Positions 56,173 to 64,000 of a stretch of DNA of 64,000 nt are shown here, one piece after another; the stretch's first letter is position 1, and each line of letters begins with the position of its first letter. Both the position numbers and the translations under genes were made by a program. The notes under the pieces are model-generated. The model made no database searches. It was not told the DNA's origin and worked only from the letters and a program-made list of their open reading frames with translations. The DNA comes from Candidatus Caldarchaeum sp. (GTDB lineage Archaea > Thermoproteota > Nitrososphaeria_A > Caldarchaeales > Caldarchaeaceae): contig JAWBKB010000001.1 in assembly GCA_038831915.1 (NCBI GenBank), forward strand, positions 1 to 64,000, read 5' to 3'.

Positions 56173-57657
56173 ATGTCTCATGGCGAGTTATGGAATGTTT
56201 TCTATGGCCGTCTCCAAAACTTCGTCAACGGCGAAATGATTGCTTCCCGTTCGGAGACGTGGCGTCCGGTTTACGACCCGGGGGCTGGCAGAGTGATCGG
56301 CGAAGTACCATATTCGACTCAGGAAGAAGTCGACGCGGCGGTTGAATCGGCGGCTGCTGCATTCGAGGAATGGAGCAGAAGACCGTTTCTGGAAAGAGTT
56401 CGTTATCTGTTTGAGATGAAACGGGTTATGGAGAACAGGTTTGAGGAAATCGTGGCTTTAAACACGTTGAACCATGGCAAAACTTTGGAAGAAAGCCGTG
56501 GAGATCTTCGGCGAGCTATTGAGAACATAGACGCAGCCATCGCGGCCGCATACACGCTTGCGAAAGGCGAAGTGATACATGAAATCGCCCCGAACATAGA
56601 TGAGCAAAGTGTCAGAGAGCCGTTGGGTGTTTTCGCAGTAATTACGCCGTTCAACTTCCCTGTGATGATTCCCTTCTGGTTTCTACCATATGCTATCGCG
56701 TTGGGCAACACCGTGGTTATCAAGCCCAGCGACATCACCCCCCTGCCGATGACAATGGTCGTCGACATACTGCATCGAGAGGTTAAGCTTCCCCCGGGAG
56801 TGGTCAACCTCGTTCACGGCGGAAAAGAAACAGCTGAAGCCTTGGTCAAACATCCAGAAGTAAAGGGAGTTTGCTTCGTCGGCTCGACACCCGTTGCTCA
56901 AAACATCTACAAACTGGCTGGAGAATACGGGAAAAGATGCATTGCGCAGGGCGGCGCCAAAAACTACATCGTGGTCATGCCGGACGCTGACATGGATGTA
57001 ACAATTCCCGCGGTCGTCTCCTCGTTCTTCGGAAACACGGGCCAAAGATGTCTGGCGGGAAGCAACCTACTCGTCGTAAACCAATCCTTTAAGGAAAAGT
57101 TTCTCACGAAATTCGCGACAAGGAGTAAACAGCTCGTTGTCGGCCACGGGTTGAGACAGGGTGTTGAAATGGGGCCGCTGGTCAGCTCCGCCGCGGTCAA
57201 AAGAGTCCGGTCATACGTGGATAAAGGTTTGGAAGAGGGCGCGGAGCTTGTGATCGACGGCCGAGAGGTTGCCGTCAAAGAATTTCCAAACGGGTTCTAC
57301 CTCGGGCCAAACATATTCGACGACGTAAGCCCTGACATGGTGATCGCCCAAGAGGAGATATTCGGGCCAGTAGCCTCCGTCATCACGTCAACCACACTCG
57401 ACGAAGCAATTGAAATCATCAACACCAAAACAGGGTACGGCAACATGGCCTGCATATTCACAACCAATGGCTCAAAAGCTTCAAAGTTCGCGAAAAGGGT
57501 GAACGCCGGAAATATCGGAATAAACATCGGCGTCGCGGCTCCAGCCGCGTACTTCCCGTTCGGCGGTAGACGAAACTCGTTCTACGGCGTCTTACACGGC
57601 CAAATAGATTCTGTCGATTTCTTCACAGACAAGAAAGTAATAATTTCGAGGTGGTAG
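56173..57657 (+). CDS. mmsA: CoA-acylating methylmalonate/malonate-semialdehyde dehydrogenase
   Basis: ITPFNFP.MIP.W, FVGST, GGAKNY, GQRCLA, EEIFGP, YGNMACIFT. Confidence 0.85.
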   Translation: MSHGELWNVFYGRLQNFVNGEMIASRSETWRPVYDPGAGRVIGEVPYSTQEEVDAAVESAAAAFEEWSRRPFLERVRYLFEMKRVMENRFEEIVALNTLNHGKTLEESRGDLRRAIENIDAAIAAAYTLAKGEVIHEIAPNIDEQSVREPLGVFAVITPFNFPVMIPFWFLPYAIALGNTVVIKPSDITPLPMTMVVDILHREVKLPPGVVNLVHGGKETAEALVKHPEVKGVCFVGSTPVAQNIYKLAGEYGKRCIAQGGAKNYIVVMPDADMDVTIPAVVSSFFGNTGQRCLAGSNLLVVNQSFKEKFLTKFATRSKQLVVGHGLRQGVEMGPLVSSAAVKRVRSYVDKGLEEGAELVIDGREVAVKEFPNGFYLGPNIFDDVSPDMVIAQEEIFGPVASVITSTTLDEAIEIINTKTGYGNMACIFTTNGSKASKFAKRVNAGNIGINIGVAAPAAYFPFGGRRNSFYGVLHGQIDSVDFFTDKKVIISRW

Positions 57658-57737
57658 CTGTCCCCCATCACTAACTCACCGCTTCATCGACGGGTGATGC
57701 ACCGTGTCTGCAGCGGAGCTTAAGGCATGATGGGGGC
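57656..57737 (-). ncRNA. Probable single-hairpin H/ACA pseudouridylation guide RNA
   Basis: Lower stem CCCCCATCA/TGATGGGGG directly followed by ACA; internal pocket; upper stem CCGCT/AGCGG with tandem GA K-turn-like motif. Confidence 0.75.
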
Positions 57738-57762
57738 ATACATAATAAATGCAAAGGTTGAT

Positions 57763-59421
57763 TTATTGTTGACGCTCGAAAAACTGCTGTAAAAATATCT
57801 CGAAGCAGGCGACTGGCATAGACAGTCCAATGTTCTCGAGAACTTTGGGTGAAACTTCGCCTGCGAAGCCAACCATTACGCCGTCGACGTTAATTGACGC
57901 ACAGCGGCCCGGTATGAAGATGCTTAACGAATACGGCGTGTACTCGGCTGTGTGGCCTATCATGTGTACAAGCTCGTCCACCGTGCTTTTCATCTCTGAG
58001 TATGATGCGTCGCTGTGGCATGTTGCCGCGGCAAGATGTTTTCTTCTAAATGTTTTTTCCGGTAGTGAGGGTTCGACGTGTATTACGTCGCCGATTTCGA
58101 AGATTTTCTGTGGATAGAGGTTGTCTTTGTTGAACGCGAGCGTTGACAGAACCGAGGGGGTGAGCAGAGTTCGAACCATGGTGTATTCGCGGGTCGCTGG
58201 GTTCGCCAGAGATACGTGGGGCTGTTCCTCCAGTTCCATGTGCTTGTAGTGCTGTGTCTCGTTCGTCAGCATGAGGTTGTGGACCTCTGTATAGCCTAGA
58301 CCGGTCATGATCTCGGCGGCTAATTCATAAAACTGCGTAGAGGGTAGAAGCTTTCCATAGGTGTTTGACTCTGGTTTTTGCGGAACCATGTTGTTGTAGC
58401 CGTATGCGATCGAAATGTCTTCGACGAGGTCGACTGGATGCATGATGTCGACGCGATACGCGGGATATCTTACCACGATTTTCCCATCCTTCACCCACCC
58501 ATCCAACCCCATTCTTCTCAGAAGCGAAACAGCCTGCCTGGCTGAAAGCGCGATACCTACAAGCTTCGAAGCAAGCCTGACATCAAGCTTGATCACGCCC
58601 TCCCTGAAATCAGGAGTGTAAACAGCTTTTCTTCCATAGACCACTTTTACATGCTGGACAGTTCCACCATGGTCGGCTAAAGCCGCCACAAGGATGTTCA
58701 GCGCTTGGTTGACTTTTTCCCATTCCGTCCCCGTTACGTCGATGAATATGTTTCTCCTGCCGGGGGTTAGCTCAGTTATGGCGGCGTTGACTATTGGCGG
58801 CATCGAAAAAACTTGGCCCTGTGAATCCACAATGACCGGTGCTTTTGGCTTATCTTTCAGGAGCCATGCGTGTTTGCGGCCGATTTCGCTTTTCTCCAAC
58901 ACCTCACCCGGCGTCATCGCTCTGTAATCTTTCAAAGGCACGAACTTCAGCTCGTCGAACCCAACGGCTTTATAGGTGAAAGGCGGCCTTATCGCTGCCA
59001 TGTCATGCAACCCAATCGCGGTTTTCCGCCTATTTCTTCCAATAATCCAGTGAAGGTCTTCCTGCATGGAAATGATGTCGATGAGGTCTTCTTCATCCAG
59101 CTTAACGTCCGAGACCACGGCGCAGGCGATGTAGGGCCTTATCGTCTGAACACTTGGGTCCACGAACATCGTTATTCTTGACTTGGTGAAAGAATACTTT
59201 GGTAGGCCGGTTTTGATTCCTAAGTAACTTCGTAGAGCCCGTGCAACTCCGTAAACGCTTGAGAAATCTGGTCTGTTGGGGTTGTATTCAACTCGGAGTA
59301 CGGAGTCCGTTTCTTCGACGCTCATACCGAGTTCGGCGATTTTTTCCGCGATTGTTTTGACGGGCATGTCTACGCCGAGAAGGCGTTTCATCTTTTCAAC
59401 ACGGATGTTTACAACCGGCAT
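57763..59421 (-). CDS. pheT: Phenylalanine-tRNA ligase beta subunit
   Basis: NRPD, R.K.AIGLHD, SMPPIVN, YRVDIMHPVDLVEDI.IAYGY. Confidence 0.96.
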   Translation of the reverse strand: MPVVNIRVEKMKRLLGVDMPVKTIAEKIAELGMSVEETDSVLRVEYNPNRPDFSSVYGVARALRSYLGIKTGLPKYSFTKSRITMFVDPSVQTIRPYIACAVVSDVKLDEEDLIDIISMQEDLHWIIGRNRRKTAIGLHDMAAIRPPFTYKAVGFDELKFVPLKDYRAMTPGEVLEKSEIGRKHAWLLKDKPKAPVIVDSQGQVFSMPPIVNAAITELTPGRRNIFIDVTGTEWEKVNQALNILVAALADHGGTVQHVKVVYGRKAVYTPDFREGVIKLDVRLASKLVGIALSARQAVSLLRRMGLDGWVKDGKIVVRYPAYRVDIMHPVDLVEDISIAYGYNNMVPQKPESNTYGKLLPSTQFYELAAEIMTGLGYTEVHNLMLTNETQHYKHMELEEQPHVSLANPATREYTMVRTLLTPSVLSTLAFNKDNLYPQKIFEIGDVIHVEPSLPEKTFRRKHLAAATCHSDASYSEMKSTVDELVHMIGHTAEYTPYSLSIFIPGRCASINVDGVMVGFAGEVSPKVLENIGLSMPVACFEIFLQQFFERQQ

Positions 59422-59422
59422 C

Positions 59423-60994
59423 TCAAAGACCCCTCACAGCTTTGAACACTGTTAGCGGAGATGCTTTTCGAAGCCATGAAAGGTCGTTCAAATGAAAAGC
59501 TCTAATGTCATCCAAGCCGTAAATCACCATCGCGAGCCTTTCGAGCCCAAGCCCCCACGCCAGAACCGGGTCACGCACTCCGAAAGGATAAGTAGTTTCA
59601 GGCCTAAATATCCCAGAGCCTCCCAGCTCAAGCCATCGACCGCCAAGCTTAACCTCAACTTCCATCGAAGGCTCCGTGTACGGAAAATAGCTCGGCCTAA
59701 ACCGCACTTCCTTCAAACCCAGCCGCGCGTAGAAATCTTTCAAAACACCCATCAACATCCGTAGGTTTGCGTTCTTCTCGACGACGATCCCCTCTATTTG
59801 ATGAAATTCGGCTAAATGTTTCCAGTCGACTTTCTCGTTGCGGAAAATTCGGTCGACACAAAAGACTTTCACAGGATGTTTTTTGACTTTAGCGAGATGC
59901 CTGATCGTGGTAGCCGTAGTATGTGTACGGAGAAGAAGCTTCCGAGATTCTTCCACAGACCACTTGTACCTCCAGCCTCGCGAACCCGTATCACCGCCGT
60001 TTTCATGAACAGCTTTAACAGCGTCGACGAATTCCGCCGGCACATCCCCGACCCTTGGCTCCAACAGATAGAACGTGTCCTGCATCTCGCGGGCTGGATG
60101 GTCCTGCGGCTGGAAAAGAGCGTCGAAATTCCAGAACGCCAACTCCACTATAGGGCCTTCAATTTCTTCAAAACCCATCTCGACGTAAGCTTGCTTCACC
60201 ATCCGGATGACCGTGTTGAGCGGGTGCCGTTTCGCCGCAAAGACCGGTGGTGTCGGGGCTCTGACATCGTAAGCGCTTAGAACCACTTCACGCCACGCAC
60301 CAGTTTTAAGAAGCTCTGGACTGAGACGCGTCACCTCCGGAACAACCACAGCTGATAACTGTTCAGAAACACGACGCCCCTCTTCGGTCAAAAACACGTT
60401 TTTCACAGTCTTTTCAACAAGCTTAACAACCCGTTGCCTCCGCAACAGCTCGTCAACCAACTGCTTAACCGCGCCTGATTCAGGAATTTCCAACCCTTCC
60501 ACCTTGCTCAAAGATTTAAGAAAATCTTCCATGTCAGTTTTTTCAGGAACATCGTGTTTCAACACAACCAGCGTCGCTGAATTTTTCCTTACGAAATCAA
60601 TCCAGCCTCTTCGACGGGCCCACATCAATCCGATGTCATGCTTGTCCAACGCCTTCAACTCATCAACCGAAGCCGTGCCGCCTTTTTGACGGAGAAACTC
60701 GACAAGCCGTCTTTCCGGAAGCCCCGTCGTCAAATATTCGCGGCCTTCGAGGTCCAAGACAACGAACTTCTTCGGCTTGCTTTCCGTAATTTTGACAAGG
60801 TTTTTGTCGCTAAGCCATCCGCAAGCCTTCGCTACGGAGGAGATGCGGGCTTCTCTGTCATGATGCCAGTCTATTCTTTCTGATGGGACTATTTCTTTCA
60901 CTTTGTCGGCGACTTCCTCGAAAGTAGCTTCGCCCCCAAGCTCTCTTAAAGCGACCAAAACCGCTTTCTCAATCCAGTGAAGAACCGATGCCAT
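59423..60994 (-). CDS. pheS: Phenylalanine-tRNA ligase alpha subunit
   Basis: FWNFDALFQPQDHPAREMQDTF, LRTHTT, HLAEFHQ, YFPYTEPS, WGLGLERL; start placed at ATG 60994. Confidence 0.96.
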   Translation of the reverse strand: MASVLHWIEKAVLVALRELGGEATFEEVADKVKEIVPSERIDWHHDREARISSVAKACGWLSDKNLVKITESKPKKFVVLDLEGREYLTTGLPERRLVEFLRQKGGTASVDELKALDKHDIGLMWARRRGWIDFVRKNSATLVVLKHDVPEKTDMEDFLKSLSKVEGLEIPESGAVKQLVDELLRRQRVVKLVEKTVKNVFLTEEGRRVSEQLSAVVVPEVTRLSPELLKTGAWREVVLSAYDVRAPTPPVFAAKRHPLNTVIRMVKQAYVEMGFEEIEGPIVELAFWNFDALFQPQDHPAREMQDTFYLLEPRVGDVPAEFVDAVKAVHENGGDTGSRGWRYKWSVEESRKLLLRTHTTATTIRHLAKVKKHPVKVFCVDRIFRNEKVDWKHLAEFHQIEGIVVEKNANLRMLMGVLKDFYARLGLKEVRFRPSYFPYTEPSMEVEVKLGGRWLELGGSGIFRPETTYPFGVRDPVLAWGLGLERLAMVIYGLDDIRAFHLNDLSWLRKASPLTVFKAVRGL

Positions 60995-61039
60995 GTCCCG
61001 GTTTTTTGACAAAAAACTCGGTAAAAAATACAAACGAAG

Positions 61040-61654
61040 TTATTCGGGTGCGGTCAAAAAAGCGACAGCCGAAAAGATATTGCTCAATAGGGCGCCGATT
61101 TGGAGCGGTAGTAATAGCAGGAAATAAGTTCCGCCCAAAGATCCGAAGTCGGCTAAAGCCATTGGGCTCGCCACAAACAGAGCAATAAACACAGCCACGA
61201 ACACCACAATCAAAAGGATGACGATAATTCTCATCCAGCCAGCTCTCCTAAACCATGCCGATCGGAAAACCGTGCCCGCGCGGAAATGAGAAGCCACTTC
61301 GAGGACGAAAGAAGCCATGCCGAGAGCCGCAAGCATGATAGCCCCAAGTATAAACGCGGCGAAGATGCCTACGATGTCCGGCATTATGGTGAAGAAGACG
61401 TCTGGGGTGATTTCCTTGAAGCCGTTCACAACCGGCAGCGCCAACAAAATAGAGAATATGGAGCCGAAGAAAAAAGCGAGAACTCCCATCAACGCCACAA
61501 AAGTCACAATCATAAGGACACCAGTTGCTTTGAAAAGGCTTTGGCCTGTATTTCTGCCGGCTTGAAACCACGCGATTCCAATCAATACGGGGGCGACAAT
61601 GTTTACAACCGGGATGATAGAGAGAATATATCCAATTCCACCCAGTATCTTCAA
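61040..61654 (-). CDS. DUF996-like membrane protein
   Basis: KILGGIG.IL N-terminus and AVAF C-terminus; multi-TM. Confidence 0.7.
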   Translation of the reverse strand: MKILGGIGYILSIIPVVNIVAPVLIGIAWFQAGRNTGQSLFKATGVLMIVTFVALMGVLAFFFGSIFSILLALPVVNGFKEITPDVFFTIMPDIVGIFAAFILGAIMLAALGMASFVLEVASHFRAGTVFRSAWFRRAGWMRIIVILLIVVFVAVFIALFVASPMALADFGSLGGTYFLLLLPLQIGALLSNIFSAVAFLTAPE

Positions 61655-61743
61655 GGTGTGTCTCGGTATTTTTCGACTGATATAAGGATTGCATTCGACT
61701 GTTTAAGATTATATTGATTCCGTGCTGTTCTTTTTTTGAGTAA

Positions 61744-62925
61744 ATGGCTGAAGAAGGTAGAGGTCTGCTTATACTGGTGGTCGACCGCGATGACGACCTC
61801 GGTCAGAAAGCAGAGGTCAGGGGGCCTGTTATAGGTAGACAGGAGAACCTCGATGCGGCGGTGAAGCTCGCATTAGCCGACCCCGAAGACCCCGACGCCA
61901 ACACAATCTTCTACGCGGTAAAACTTTATGATGACATGAGTCAGAAATTTGCCGGCGAGAAAATCGAAGTCGCCACCGTGACGGGTTCGCGGAAAGAAGG
62001 CATCGAAGCGGACATGAATGTTTTCAACCAGCTGCGGGAAGTTTTAGAAAAATTTCCCGCACAAAGATGTGTTTTCGTCAGCGACGGCGAAACTGACGCC
62101 GTCGTAACACCGATCATATCGTCCCAGCTCTCCATTGTATCTGTTCAAAGAGTGACAGTTCGACAAAGTCAGACCGTTGAACAGTCTTGGCTGATCCTTG
62201 GAAAATATCTCCGTCTTGGGTTAACAGACCCTCGTTATGCGAAATTTCTCGTCGGAATACCCGGCGGCTTCATCGCTCTCTCCGCTTTACTTAGCACTTT
62301 CGGTCTTGCCCAGCCTTCAATATTTCTCCTATTTCTCGGCTTGTTGCTGTTCTTTTGGGGTTTCAGGTTTGACATTCATCTTTCCAAACTATTCACGGGA
62401 TTTTACAGGATATCTCAGATGCCGGCAATTGGTCAAATAAGAGCCTTCGCCTACTTAAGCGCGGGAGCATCCCTACTCGTCGCCCTCTACCTCGGAATAT
62501 CCTCGGCTTACAGCACTTTCGTATCCCTCGGACTTTCGCAAGAACAACTCAGCGACCCCAGCGTAGTTCTCGCAACAACAGTTAGGCTAGCTGGTGTTTT
62601 CATCGGCCAAAGCATCGACTTGATAGCGGTAAGCGCCCTTATAGTCGTGCTATCCAACATGATATACTACTACATCATCCGCTACTACGGATTCTGGCGA
62701 ACCATTCACGCAGGAGTGCTCGCGATATGGCTTTGGGCGCTGTTGAAGAGAGCCGGCGTCATACTGCAACAGCCTCAAGCAATCTCGATAACCGATAGCT
62801 CGATATTTCTGTTCATTTTGACGGCGGTAATGGGCGTAATAACCCTCGGAATAACCTTCGCCATGACACGTATACTACGTTCAACCTTCGGGAAGCACTT
62901 CAAGAAAGGGACATCCAAACGTTAG
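61744..62925 (+). CDS. DUF373 family protein
   Basis: VDRDDDLG.K, LALADPED.DAN, VSDG..D, VRQS. Confidence 0.9.
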   Translation: MAEEGRGLLILVVDRDDDLGQKAEVRGPVIGRQENLDAAVKLALADPEDPDANTIFYAVKLYDDMSQKFAGEKIEVATVTGSRKEGIEADMNVFNQLREVLEKFPAQRCVFVSDGETDAVVTPIISSQLSIVSVQRVTVRQSQTVEQSWLILGKYLRLGLTDPRYAKFLVGIPGGFIALSALLSTFGLAQPSIFLLFLGLLLFFWGFRFDIHLSKLFTGFYRISQMPAIGQIRAFAYLSAGASLLVALYLGISSAYSTFVSLGLSQEQLSDPSVVLATTVRLAGVFIGQSIDLIAVSALIVVLSNMIYYYIIRYYGFWRTIHAGVLAIWLWALLKRAGVILQQPQAISITDSSIFLFILTAVMGVITLGITFAMTRILRSTFGKHFKKGTSKR

Positions 62926-62936
62926 GGGCTGAAAAA

Positions 62937-63719
62937 TTGTTACGAACTATCTTTCAAATGTTCGGCGTCTACTGGATGTATGAAAGATGGCTTCAGCACA
63001 CGGTTTCTTCCAAACCCATGCCGCAGCATATCGCTCTAATCCTAGATGGAAACCGGAGGTGGGCGAGAAGTAGGGGATGGCCGCCTTGGCGGGGCCACAT
63101 CGCCGGCGCGGACAAGGTTGAGGAAATTTTGGACTGGCTTCTCGACCTCGGAATCAAAACTGTTACACTGTATGTTCTATCGACGGAGAATTTGAGAAGA
63201 CCACCTGAAGAAGTCAACGAAATATTCCGATTGATAAAGGAAAAGGCTGAAAAACTTCTCAAAAGCCAGAAAATCCACCGCAACAAGGTGAAGGTCAAGG
63301 TTATCGGAAGCAAGGAGCTTTTACTCCGTGACGTTGCGGAAGCTCTTGAAAAGCTCGAGGAGGCGACGAAAAATTATGACAGGTATTTTCTCAACCTTGC
63401 AGTTGCGTATGGCGGCCGCAGGGAAATACTCGATGCTGTTAGAGCAGTGGCTGCCGAGGTGGAACGCGGCAATTTGTCCGTAGACCAGATTAACGAGGAA
63501 GTTTTCGAAGCGCATCTTTACACTAACGGTGTTCCGAACCCCGAGCCCGACCTCATCATCAGAACTTCAGGCGAATCGCGTATAAGCAATTTTCTACTCT
63601 GGCAGTCTGCTTACAGCGAATACGTTTTCCAAGACGTAAACCTCCCCGACTTTAGATACATCGACCTTTTACGCGCCATTCGAACTTATCAGAACCGTGA
63701 AAGAAGATATGGACTTTAA
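62937..63719 (+). CDS. uppS: cis-prenyltransferase (polyprenyl diphosphate synthase)
   Basis: HIALILDGNRRWA, STEN..R, YGGR.EI, IIRTSGE.RISNFLLWQ.AYSE. Confidence 0.95.
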   Translation: MLRTIFQMFGVYWMYERWLQHTVSSKPMPQHIALILDGNRRWARSRGWPPWRGHIAGADKVEEILDWLLDLGIKTVTLYVLSTENLRRPPEEVNEIFRLIKEKAEKLLKSQKIHRNKVKVKVIGSKELLLRDVAEALEKLEEATKNYDRYFLNLAVAYGGRREILDAVRAVAAEVERGNLSVDQINEEVFEAHLYTNGVPNPEPDLIIRTSGESRISNFLLWQSAYSEYVFQDVNLPDFRYIDLLRAIRTYQNRERRYGL

Positions 63720-64000
63720 CCTATTTCGAGAGACGAATCCGAGTCGGTCAGCTGCGTTATCTGTCGCGATGTAACGTGATAAATGTCGGAAACTGACAGC
63801 CCGTATCGGCCCGGAAGAAGCAGCTCGGGCCCTATCGACATGACGGTTGATTCGCGGATGATGTCGGCGCTTCCCGCCTGAATAAACGGCGGTTCTTCTT
63901 CCTCTATTCCAATTCCTTTCCCGAAAAGCGTCAGAGTCGACGGCTCGAAACCCATTTCGAGAGCATACGCTCTACCTCGGTCGTATATCGACACGGCTGA
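63716..64000 (-). CDS. C-terminal part of an M24 (creatinase/Xaa-Pro peptidase-like) protein; truncated by the window end
   Basis: GKGIGIEEEEPP...MSIGPEL..PG.YG..VSDI: pita-bread C-terminus with degenerate metal ligands. Confidence 0.6.
   Translation of the reverse strand, partial: SAVSIYDRGRAYALEMGFEPSTLTLFGKGIGIEEEEPPFIQAGSADIIRESTVMSIGPELLLPGRYGLSVSDIYHVTSRQITQLTDSDSSLEIG

Noticed and set aside
1-64000. CRISPR array, rRNA, integrase or transposase
   Set aside because: No regularly spaced repeats, rRNA-like sequence or recombinase motifs found by eye; short or degenerate cases could have been missed.

Overview
Archaeal chromosomal segment, most likely TACK lineage and Aigarchaeota/Ca. Caldarchaeum-like. 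This is inferred from S26e/S30e, DUF1512, DUF2139, crenarchaeal-type glgA/glgP and tRNAs with BHB introns at non-canonical positions. It is mostly housekeeping and catabolic genes: map, topA, proS, hisS, pheST, uppS, serA, atpD, a glycogen cluster and peptidases. Five things stand out. (1) An ~11 kb cluster (19042-30157) encodes a Mo-hydroxylase large subunit, a close enamidase homologue, an LLM/F420-type oxidoreductase, a Liv-type ABC importer, an AA_synth/DUF1185 protein and a CoA-acylating semialdehyde dehydrogenase. It reads as an archaeal nicotinate/pyridine-ring degradation route, with the LLM protein apparently in place of ferredoxin-dependent Hnr. (2) Two 5'-truncated copies of one free-standing LAGLIDADG endonuclease family are present. 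One is wedged antisense between tRNA-Phe and a decayed intron-containing tRNA-Leu. (3) A decaying toxin-antitoxin island follows those tRNAs. (4) RNAs missed by the ORF track: a two-intron tRNA-Arg(CCG), a probable H/ACA guide for 23S helix 69 and a clean H-type pseudoknot. (5) Small or non-canonical genes missed by the ORF track: S30e, a 36-aa ORF after atpD and a probable CTG start for atpD. No CRISPR array or rRNA was seen. All family calls are from motif recognition by eye, not database searches.
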